Virus record (IMG/VR): IMGVR_UViG_3300038673_000730
Location: 1-27,654 of that record
DNA: 27,654 nucleotides
Strand: one strand, 5' to 3'
Source of the DNA: a virus
Lineage: Duplodnaviria > Caudoviricetes
Shown here: positions 1 through 7,181 of the stretch, piece after piece
How the letters are laid out: each line of letters begins with the position of its first letter
How positions within the stretch are numbered: the stretch's first letter is position 1
Translations under genes and position numbers: made by a program
Notes under the pieces: generated by a model
Told to the model about the DNA's origin: nothing
Databases searched by the model: none
What the model saw: the letters and a program-made list of their open reading frames with translations, nothing else

Positions 1-456
1 GCGGCTTTTCGGCGTGGCCGCTACCGTTTCCAAGAGCCTTTTTCTGCTTAAAATAATATCTATGGGAATGCCGTCTAAGTAATCTCTCAGCCTACCCCAG
101 CTTTTACATTCTCGTATGAGGCTGAGCTCGTGTTTCCAAGCATCAACCGGCGTCATGTTTTTGTATTCAGGCCGAAAATCGCAGGCAAAGGGGTAGAAGC
201 CCTCGCCGACCGCTTGACTGGTAGTAGCGCCAGAATAGATGACACGTGCGGAAATCAGCGGGAGTCCGAGCTCAAAGCAGAGTGTGGAAACAATCCCGAG
301 TGGGTTGCTCAGATGATAATGGGGATTGATCTCTCGCCCTAATCTTTTGGCCAGCTCGTCCGCAACTTCCTTGTATGTTGGGTTGCCTCGTTTATTGATC
401 ACGTTGTCCAGTAGTATTTCAGCAAGAGCCCTGTCAATATCCTTAAGCTGAGGCAT
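1..456 (-). CDS. N-terminal part of a putative winged-helix protein, possibly nuclease-associated; runs off the left edge
   Basis: Not in the ORF track. Open frame from ATG at 456 (SD GAGGAGGGAGG upstream) to base 1 with no stop: MPQLKDIDRALAEILLDNVINKRGNPTYKEVADELAKRLG...LSNPLGIVSTLCFELGLPLISARVI...GEGFY. The TYxE..LG..C..GLPL.S.V..G.GF pattern resembles a wHTH-like module often fused to HNH nucleases. Confidence 0.75.
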   Translation of the reverse strand, partial: MPQLKDIDRALAEILLDNVINKRGNPTYKEVADELAKRLGREINPHYHLSNPLGIVSTLCFELGLPLISARVIYSGATTSQAVGEGFYPFACDFRPEYKNMTPVDAWKHELSLIRECKSWGRLRDYLDGIPIDIILSRKRLLETVAATPKSR

Positions 457-503
457 CGAAGCCCTCCCTCCTCGCACTCGTTAACGCTGCGACTAAGCAC
501 CGT

Positions 504-1916
504 TTAGAGATGGTATTTAATTTTGATGGTTGAGCTTTTTCCGCTGGGAGTCGTATGTAAAACCTCATCCCCAGGCCTCATCATCTGATACATGACGCCG
601 CACACAGAGGGCATTTTACTTTGAAGACCGAGGGCGCGGTGAATATCACCGGATATAAGGGTGCAGGTATGCTCCTCGCGCTGTTGACAGTCCTCGAACA
701 CTCCATGGATATATTTCCTGATTTCTACCCTGCCGAGAACAGGCGCAGCAGTTTGTTCCGGGCTGTGTATATAGGGCCATCTGTCCATCGAAACAGACCT
801 ATGTGTCCCAGCAATTTCATCCTCCAAATCAAAAGGCTCTGTGTGCAAAGTGGTGCCAACCGCCGCTTCTATTGTACGAAGCTCTTCTGCTGTGAGGGGT
901 AGCGCATCCAATCCCTTTTTTAACCACATACCACTATTTCGGATCTCCCACTCTGGACTAAATTGACCAAGCCATGTGTCGCTTGGTTGAAAGTCCACGG
1001 CACGGTTTAGCGTAGCAATAATAGCTTCTTCCAAACGAAGGCGCTGCTGTGCATCATTAATTTGGAAGACGGCAAAAGAGAGATTGTCGCGCAAGTATGC
1101 GCTGACCTCTCGCTCGATAGCAGCCTCCCGCTCGGGGTCAACATGGGTTGCATTTTCCGGTCGGTCAGTATTCAGCGTCCAAACAGCCAGATATGGATCA
1201 GCGCGCCGGTTCAGGATTGCTTTTCCGATGTTTTTTCGAAAAATACTCCCATTATGGTTTTCTCGATCAAAATGATCTCTAAGGCGGTTCCGCAAGCGAT
1301 TCGCAGAGGTGTGAGTTCCCACACGGACAATGCGCCGGAGGTTCCCATACGCCTCGCCTTTTTCAAACACAATATAAATCCCGTTATGAAAGGGAATCCG
1401 TGCTATGTCCTGCCAGGCATACTGGGGCAGCGCGTTAAATATTTGATGCAGCTGCCCGCACATGCTCTCCTTGGAGCGGTGTACTGCCACGGGAGCTTGC
1501 GGGGGATTTTCAAGCTGCTGCTTTAAAAATTGTATTCTGGGGCCTATGCGTAAACTCCCCAACGGAAGCGACCAATGAGCCAGTTTGGGAAGCAAATGTT
1601 GATAATAATGCCTGCCTGCCAAGATAATAAACTCATCGCCATTCATATCACACTCTTCCGATAGCTGCTGAAGCACCCCATTTGCCCACGATAGTTGCTG
1701 TATGGTAGGCATGTCTGCAAGAGTGAGATCATAGGGAGCAATTTTTCTGTCCTCGGGGATCAAGCCATATTTGGCAGAGAGAATATAAATTTTATCAGCA
1801 ATACGTTTGGAATATTGATAGGACAGCGAAAAGAGCTCGCTTGGCGCATACATTTCCGCTGCGGCACACGTATAATTCCGCTTTAGCTTACTACAGGAAA
1901 TCAAAGCGATTTTCAT
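504..1916 (-). CDS. DUF6884-like domain fused to a GIY-YIG-like nuclease and a small C-terminal domain
   Basis: N-terminal IALISCSKLK...AAEMY..S.LF...ILSAKYGLI...YDLTL; central GIYIVFE...IVRVGTHT...LRNRL...FRKNIG...LEEAII; C-terminal ISGDIHRALG...MPSVC..M; SD GAGGTG. Confidence 0.75.
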   Translation of the reverse strand: MKIALISCSKLKRNYTCAAAEMYAPSELFSLSYQYSKRIADKIYILSAKYGLIPEDRKIAPYDLTLADMPTIQQLSWANGVLQQLSEECDMNGDEFIILAGRHYYQHLLPKLAHWSLPLGSLRIGPRIQFLKQQLENPPQAPVAVHRSKESMCGQLHQIFNALPQYAWQDIARIPFHNGIYIVFEKGEAYGNLRRIVRVGTHTSANRLRNRLRDHFDRENHNGSIFRKNIGKAILNRRADPYLAVWTLNTDRPENATHVDPEREAAIEREVSAYLRDNLSFAVFQINDAQQRLRLEEAIIATLNRAVDFQPSDTWLGQFSPEWEIRNSGMWLKKGLDALPLTAEELRTIEAAVGTTLHTEPFDLEDEIAGTHRSVSMDRWPYIHSPEQTAAPVLGRVEIRKYIHGVFEDCQQREEHTCTLISGDIHRALGLQSKMPSVCGVMYQMMRPGDEVLHTTPSGKSSTIKIKYHL

Positions 1917-1961
1917 TCTATCACACCTCTACTCTACATGAAGGTTTTCAACAATAACTCA

Positions 1962-2093
1962 TCAGGCTTTGTCATCGTCTCCCGGAGCCTCAATCAGTGT
2001 CGAGATGAGTTGGCTGAAATCAATACTATAGCGTTTGACGTCTGCCGCCTTTAATTTCAGTTGCTTACAGTTTGTAAGCAACTGATTTGCTCC
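1962..2093 (-). pseudogene. Fragment of a Bro-N/antirepressor-like gene
   Basis: Start-less minus frame GANQLLTNCKQLKLKAADVKRYSIDFSQLISTLIEAPGDDDKA*, resembling the Bro-N segment EGxE.VTNCxxLK..A.DGK..TD. Confidence 0.5.
2057..2085. repeat. 29-bp palindrome TCAGTTGCTTACA-GTT-TGTAAGCAACTGA
   Basis: Perfect 13-bp arms with a 3-nt centre, 8 bp beyond the stop of the AT-rich cassette. Confidence 0.9.
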
Positions 2094-2972
2094 TTAAAAA
2101 TAAAATAACTTCACTTGTGCTTGAGGTGTAACAAGATTTCTTTCATGCGGGTAGTATAAATCTTTACCACAGCATTTTTTGAATTTAACTCCACTCCCAC
2201 AAGAGCAACGCTCATTTCTACCGACTTTTTCTATTTCCTTCATTCTTGTTTCAATAACACTTTTCACTGTGAAATTTTGGAGGAAGGATATGTTGAGTTC
2301 TAAAAACTGGTCAAGTTTTTTGAATTTTTCTACTTCATCTCTGTTATCATCGGACAACTCGAGAATGCATCTTTTATCCTCTGGATGACTCACTAAACAG
2401 ACTGCCTGAAACTCTTTAATTTCATCAATTATTTCTACAGCAGGCTTTCCCCAATACAAGTTACCTTTAATATGAGGGCATTCTAACCTCTGCATTGATT
2501 TTCCGCAAATACTGCAATGTGAGCGTGTTATGATATACTCACTGCTTGAAAACACATTATAGGGATATAGTGTCTCGTAATTTCGCAACAAATCTAATAA
2601 TGGAGGGACATCAAGTCTGTCATCTGTAAATCTCCCGATGTATTGTGCATCATCAATACAGTCCTGTAGTTTATTCCAAGATGACTTATATTCTTTGCCC
2701 TTTAACAACCCAAAGTATTGCATCAAATTGCAAAATAACACGAAATACTGTTTGAATACATACTGAGCATTTGCCAGTTGTTCATCCTTTGTGGCAACAG
2801 CTATTTGTTGCACACTCTCAAAAAGTTCAGAGCAAAAATCATACTCTCTGCATGGGTTAGTAAAATCTCCTGATTTAATACGCCGCTTTGTTTGATTAAG
2901 TGCATTGCAAATACCATCAACTTGCTTTATGGAATTCTTTTCTGAAAAATATCGTAGCATCCTAACCCTCAT
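2094..2972 (-). CDS. SEC-C metal-binding motif protein with an additional CxxC...CxH zinc finger
   Basis: KVGRNERCSCGSGVKFKKCCG (SEC-C); HCSICG...CPHIKGNLYWG; AT-rich; ATGA overlap with the upstream gene. Confidence 0.8.
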   Translation of the reverse strand: MRVRMLRYFSEKNSIKQVDGICNALNQTKRRIKSGDFTNPCREYDFCSELFESVQQIAVATKDEQLANAQYVFKQYFVLFCNLMQYFGLLKGKEYKSSWNKLQDCIDDAQYIGRFTDDRLDVPPLLDLLRNYETLYPYNVFSSSEYIITRSHCSICGKSMQRLECPHIKGNLYWGKPAVEIIDEIKEFQAVCLVSHPEDKRCILELSDDNRDEVEKFKKLDQFLELNISFLQNFTVKSVIETRMKEIEKVGRNERCSCGSGVKFKKCCGKDLYYPHERNLVTPQAQVKLFYF

Positions 2973-3466
2973 ATTTTGTTAATATCTATCTTTTCAAACT
3001 TCTCCTTAAAAGTATCTGCGTCCCCTTTATAGTGGATAAATTTCTCTTTTCCTTTTGATTTAACAATAAAAGTAACATCTACTTGAGTATCCTCTTTTTC
3101 ATGCCCTTTTCGTTTTTCCCGTATATAATTACATACCATGTCAATCGCCATAGGTAGGAGAACACTTTGAGCAATCCATATTATCGGCATCCATATATCA
3201 AATGAATGCAAGGAACGAATTTTTATATCTCCATCAGCTAAGATATCATAACTATGAGTTAAATCATTTTGTCTGCAATATTTTAAGAAGTCAACAGTCT
3301 CCTGCGCAAAATAATATTCGTCATCTTGATAGCGCAAAGGAACTGCTACAATATCCGTAGTCCACAGCTTGTCTTTTGATGTTTGTGATATATTTTCCGC
3401 ACTAAAATAGTCGTCATATTTTATATCAATATCTTTGATTTCAATTTCATAAGTTGTACTCATCAT
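2969..3466 (-). CDS. Hypothetical protein (AT-rich cassette) with one hydrophobic segment
   Basis: 165-aa ORF, SD AAGGAG, coupled to the SEC-C gene; hydrophobic IWMPIIWIAQSVLLPMAIDMV. Confidence 0.75.
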   Translation of the reverse strand: MMSTTYEIEIKDIDIKYDDYFSAENISQTSKDKLWTTDIVAVPLRYQDDEYYFAQETVDFLKYCRQNDLTHSYDILADGDIKIRSLHSFDIWMPIIWIAQSVLLPMAIDMVCNYIREKRKGHEKEDTQVDVTFIVKSKGKEKFIHYKGDADTFKEKFEKIDINKI

Positions 3467-3634
3467 TTTGCTCCTTTTAATTATTTCACCATATAGATAT
3501 GCACGACGCGGTCATAGGCTTATGCGATTAAAAACTTTCCATTATTGCTAAACTCCGCACAACCAACCAAATAAAAAACCGCACAGTAACCTGCACGGCT
3601 GGCTGTGGTCAGACGCGGAGCCTGCCGTTAATTA

Positions 3635-3663
3635 ATTATAGTTGAAAACTCCAAGTTTTACAA
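3635..3663 (-). promoter_or_regulatory. Sigma-A promoter for the left cassette operon
   Basis: Minus strand TTGTAA-17 nt-TATAAT. Confidence 0.6.
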
Positions 3664-3707
3664 TGTAATTGTCGAATGGATGCTCAAATCTGCAATTTTT
3701 GACCCCG

Positions 3708-3828
3708 TTAGGGATGGGTTAGGGATTTGCGATTAGGGCGGCGGAAAAAATCCCGCCGCCCTAAAACTTTTCCCATCCCAAACCGGGCAAATCAATTAGG
3801 GATGGCACTCTAAAACCCAAACCTAAAA
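3708..3828. repeat. Cluster of direct and inverted TTAGGG(AT) repeats with a 12-bp hairpin; putative island-end/integrase arm sites
   Basis: TTAGGGAT at 3708, 3719 and 3796; TTAGGGCG at 3733 pairing with CGCCCTAA at 3757; variant CCATCCCAAA at 3773. Confidence 0.7.
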
Positions 3829-3832
3829 CGCA

Positions 3833-3860
3833 GAAAAACCGCCATTTTAGGCGGTTTTTC
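3833..3860 (-). terminator. Intrinsic terminator downstream of tRNA-Pro
   Basis: GAAAAACCGCC / GGCGGTTTTTC 11-bp stem, 9 nt past the CCA end. Confidence 0.75.
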
Positions 3861-3869
3861 AAGGAAAAA

Positions 3870-3945
3870 TGGTCGGAGTGACAGGATTTGAACCTGCGGC
3901 ATCCTGCTCCCAAAGCAGGCGCGCTACCAACTGCGCTACACCCCG
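3870..3945 (-). tRNA. tRNA-Pro(TGG)
   Basis: 76 nt: CGGGGTG TA GCGC AGTTGGTA GCGC G CCTGC TTTGGGA GCAGG ATGCC GCAGG TTCAAAT CCTGT CACTCCG A CCA; complete cloverleaf with encoded CCA. Confidence 0.97.
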
Positions 3946-3971
3946 ATATTTAGTTTTGCATTGTTTTCGCG

Positions 3972-4014
3972 CCAGTTCCCAAAGCTGGCGCGCTACCAAC
4001 TGCGCTACACCCCG
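3972..4014 (-). pseudogene. Truncated tRNA-Pro 5' half (acceptor 5' strand, D arm, anticodon arm)
   Basis: 40/43 identical to tRNA positions 1-43; no T arm or 3' acceptor strand. Confidence 0.85.
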
Positions 4015-4080
4015 ATAAAGATACATAGGCCTTACGCCGCCGGAGATCCCGAGACGGCAGATCAAAGTAAAGCACAAAAA

Positions 4081-4109
4081 ATTATACGACAAAAGCCCTT
4101 TACTGTCAA
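4081..4109 (-). promoter_or_regulatory. Perfect-consensus sigma-A promoter of the tRNA locus
   Basis: Minus strand TTGACA-gtaaagggcttttgtcg (17 nt)-TATAAT. Confidence 0.9.
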
Positions 4110-4170
4110 CCGAATGCCTGTACCTGCTGGAAAAGCCGGAGGGCAAAGGTTCAAGCAAACAGTGAAAAGA

Positions 4171-4205
4171 GAAAACCCGCAAAGCGCGTAGCGATGCGGG
4201 TTTTC
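4171..4205. terminator. Terminator-like hairpin insulating the tRNA promoter
   Basis: GAAAACCCGCA / TGCGGGTTTTC 11-bp stem. Confidence 0.6.
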
Positions 4206-4288
4206 GTTTGTGGCGATTGACCAGTAATGATGACTTTTCGTAAGGAAAATCAGTTCGGTCCTTTAGGGGGATTCGAACTTTCACCACC

Positions 4289-4314
4289 CAAAGTGGTCGA
4301 AATCGACCACTTTG
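4289..4314. repeat. 26-bp palindrome CAAAGTGGTCGA-AA-TCGACCACTTTG
   Basis: Perfect 12-bp arms with a 2-nt centre; intergenic, no U-tract. Confidence 0.9.
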
Positions 4315-4396
4315 CCAGCCATCTAATCGGCATCGCCGCATAAGGTCTTCAGCTATCAGCCACTCGTACTGTTCATCGAAATTGGACTGACAACAG

Positions 4397-4621
4397 CTAC
4401 TTCATGCAAACGAGAACATCCTCAACGCAAACTTCATTATAATCGGCTTTTCTTAATCGGTCAATCAGATTCTCTTTATCGACTATTGTATTTGCTCCAA
4501 GTTTGGAGGATAAATCCCGGAGAAAACGCATGAGCTCATCTGGGGTTGCACAAATCACACCGAACTCGTCTGCGTATTCACGAAAGAATGCATCTTTCAG
4601 CTCGCCGTAAGTCATTGTCAT
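4397..4621 (-). CDS. Small hypothetical protein
   Basis: 74-aa ORF with SD AAGAGG, divergent from the HTH gene. Confidence 0.6.
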   Translation of the reverse strand: MTMTYGELKDAFFREYADEFGVICATPDELMRFLRDLSSKLGANTIVDKENLIDRLRKADYNEVCVEDVLVCMK

Positions 4622-4733
4622 ACCTCTTTTCTCAAATGGATTTCGTTATTGTTGAGGTAATTATTCTTCCTTGAGATAGTGTTATACTTCAGATACGCTA
4701 AAAGCATCTTATGGCAGAAAGAGAGAGCTTAAG

Positions 4734-5147
4734 ATGTTTTTAGATAATCTATCCACCTCCGTCCTCAGACTTTGCGGCGTTTGCGATCTCAGCTACGCAA
4801 AAGCCGCCGAGCGCTGCACCATTAGCTCCAGATGCTTTGCTGATATTGCGCAGAAGAAGACAGCGCCGTCAATCCTAACGCTTGAAAAGCTTTGCATAGG
4901 TTTCGACTTGACGCCTAACGACCTGCTAATACCTCCGTCAAACCGGGAGGAGCTTACATATCGCGACGCTATGCCGGTAACGCAAATACACTGCTTCCGC
5001 TGCCTACACGGACTTACCGGTTTCCCTGTCTGCCCACGATGCGGGATAACCCTCGAAAGAGAATACCAGCACTACTGTGACCGCTGCGGTCAATGCCTTG
5101 ATTGGCGCCATTTTAATACCGCAACCATCATTCTTCCGTCCAGGTAA
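4734..5147 (+). CDS. XRE-like HTH protein with C-terminal zinc ribbon
   Basis: LSYAKAAERCTIS...PSILTLEKLCIGFDLTPNDLL; CPRCG...YCDRCGQCLDW. Confidence 0.8.
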   Translation: MFLDNLSTSVLRLCGVCDLSYAKAAERCTISSRCFADIAQKKTAPSILTLEKLCIGFDLTPNDLLIPPSNREELTYRDAMPVTQIHCFRCLHGLTGFPVCPRCGITLEREYQHYCDRCGQCLDWRHFNTATIILPSR

Positions 5148-5300
5148 AAGCCATCCATATCTCACTTTTGGCCAGCGCATCTGCGGTGGCCTTATTGTTT
5201 CGCCCTTTTTCCTTCCCCCGGCGTGAACAATTTCCTCTGATTCACTATTGAAGTTTTGCAGACTTTCTCAATTGGGTTTCAATCTTGCGCGGCGAGGTAA

Positions 5301-6551
5301 TCAGAGCAGCTTGACCTCTTTTTCTTTTTGCCAGACGCAGTATGGGAGAAGCTCATCCCGATTCTCAAACGGAAGATTCATGAAATCAATGATTTTCTCA
5401 TTCGGGAAGTGCGACTCGCAATACGCGGGGATTACCCCGTCCGGAACGATCCCGATCTTCTCTTTCTCCAACAGCCGTTCGGCAAGCAACTTCGCTTCGT
5501 GCATGAACACCGGGAGACCGGCATTGCGAAGAGCAAGATAGAACTTCACCGACTCAACGGTTCTGCTCCACGCATCTCCTGCGACGCTTAGATAGAATCC
5601 GCCATCATCGTGACTGACATACAGGCTTACATGAGTTGAGTTCCCACCACGGCACACCTCCCAAGGATGGCCGCCGTGAAACTGCCTGTTGCATAACCAA
5701 TCCAGAAAAGCGTCTGCGGAATCTGGATCGATTTCACCGAGTCCCTCATCACGACCGTCTGCGTGTCTTTCGTACTGCTGTCGCAGCGGCAAGTCCGTTC
5801 CCTCATACTTGTTTGCAGCATAACCGAGCGCACAGTATGAGTAGAAATCGTTCGCCGTCATGCGTTCGATGCGGGATTCCAGCTTTTGAGGTTCAGCTTC
5901 CTGCTCTGCGGCATATCTGACGAATTCGTTTATTTCTGCCTGAGTGAGATTCTCGAAGAAGGATTTGCGTTCCTCCGGAAACACGTTCCACAAGTGCTTG
6001 CGCAGAATGGTTCCCGTTCGATGCTGCGGGGGTAACCCTTCGGCAACGCGCTTGTTATATGTTCCGGCTTCAAGCTCGGTAAGGCATTTTTTGACGCTGT
6101 CCAGAAGCCACTCGGTGAATTCGGATATGTCGTATGGGTAAGAGCGCTCTTTTCTCTTGTCGTCAACAATTACGAGCCTATTGCCGACAACGATACACCG
6201 ATAACCGATTTCTTCATCTTCGACCGCGAAGAAGTTATACCATTCGATCTCGTTCGGAAATTCGTCATGCCACCAGTTTTCAAATTCCTCACGGCTTTCA
6301 ACATCCCCGTCTGCAAGCATTTCCTCGAAGTCGCCGAAGTCTTCAATTGTTCCGCGTTCTGCCGTGAACCACAGCTCACGCGCTCCGTTGCCTGATGCCG
6401 CAGATACTCGCTTAAGCAAAGAATAGATTTCATCGAGAAGTTCGTAGGTTCGGTCATCAAACGAAACATCGCAGTTGATGTCCATATATTGGTTCCGTTT
6501 TAGCACATTGATATAGTGCTTAACCCCCGGAGCTTTCAGCGTGCTATTCAT
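5301..6551 (-). CDS. Hypothetical acidic protein (~416 aa)
   Basis: Start moved to MNSTLK at 6551 (SD GGAGGT, ATGA overlap with the upstream stop); conserved-looking motifs ADGRDEGL and GGHPWEVCRGGNSTH. Confidence 0.8.
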   Translation of the reverse strand: MNSTLKAPGVKHYINVLKRNQYMDINCDVSFDDRTYELLDEIYSLLKRVSAASGNGARELWFTAERGTIEDFGDFEEMLADGDVESREEFENWWHDEFPNEIEWYNFFAVEDEEIGYRCIVVGNRLVIVDDKRKERSYPYDISEFTEWLLDSVKKCLTELEAGTYNKRVAEGLPPQHRTGTILRKHLWNVFPEERKSFFENLTQAEINEFVRYAAEQEAEPQKLESRIERMTANDFYSYCALGYAANKYEGTDLPLRQQYERHADGRDEGLGEIDPDSADAFLDWLCNRQFHGGHPWEVCRGGNSTHVSLYVSHDDGGFYLSVAGDAWSRTVESVKFYLALRNAGLPVFMHEAKLLAERLLEKEKIGIVPDGVIPAYCESHFPNEKIIDFMNLPFENRDELLPYCVWQKEKEVKLL

Positions 6552-7147
6552 TTCGGCACCTCCGTTTCCATTGCCGTTACATCTCCTGTGAGAGCGCCGT
6601 CTGAAACTTTGGCGATACCCGCCTCCATCTCGTTCCAGCACTTCATGTTGAGAAGGACATACTGTGGTTTGCCGTCCTTTATGATATGGAGAGCGACATC
6701 GTTTCTTTCAATATAGTTGATCACACTCTCGAAGCAGTTGGAGAAATCGCAGAGTTCAATTGTTTTTCTCGGGAATATATGCGTTTCACCATTTTCGGAA
6801 GGCATATCTGAGATGGGGAGCTGTTCATCCGTAATGGTCGCGGCGTTATTGACCAAGAAATCATACAGGGCATTCACATCCTCGAGGTTTACGCTGATCT
6901 CCTTGCCGTCTTCTTCCCACGACACGGTGTAATCTGCGGCCTCGTACAGCCACCATCCGAGCCAGTCGTTTTTGTCGTGCATGGCTTCTCCAAGCACATC
7001 TCGCAATGCGGACAGATACTGGTTGTCGATGTCGAAGGTGGTAATTCCGTCGCTGAGCTTGCTCAGTGCGTCGCTGAAGTCCTTGATGTTCGCTTCCTGT
7101 GTGCGGATCTTCTGAATCGCAAGGACGAATGCTTCTCTTGTTATCAT
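6548..7147 (-). CDS. Phage-type hypothetical domain fused to a Phd/YefM-like C-terminal domain
   Basis: DKNDWLGWWLYE...LYDFL in the N-terminal part; C-terminal DFSNCFESVINYIE..VALHIIKDGKPQYVLLNMKCWNEM. Confidence 0.6.
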   Translation of the reverse strand: MITREAFVLAIQKIRTQEANIKDFSDALSKLSDGITTFDIDNQYLSALRDVLGEAMHDKNDWLGWWLYEAADYTVSWEEDGKEISVNLEDVNALYDFLVNNAATITDEQLPISDMPSENGETHIFPRKTIELCDFSNCFESVINYIERNDVALHIIKDGKPQYVLLNMKCWNEMEAGIAKVSDGALTGDVTAMETEVPK

Positions 7148-7181
7148 TATCCCTTTTCTCCCTTACTATTTTGAGTAATCA

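Noticed and set aside
30-43. 14-mer CCAAGAGCCTTTTT also found at 26150-26163, considered as an att duplication
   Set aside because: One copy is inside a coding frame and the other is a terminator arm; the flanks do not match.
130-342. 70-aa plus-strand ORF
   Set aside because: Antisense to the better-supported minus-strand ORF at 1-456, which has a strong SD.
3577-3630. Possible c-di-GMP-I riboswitch
   Set aside because: Lacks the GGCAAAC...GCAAAG core and the GNRA/receptor layout.
4255-4285. Additional tRNA gene suggested by GTTCGAATCCCCC
   Set aside because: No paired T stem, acceptor stem or CCA; at most a remnant.
3859-4341. 160-aa ORF with an internal repeat
   Set aside because: Translation artefact of the tRNA and its half copy.
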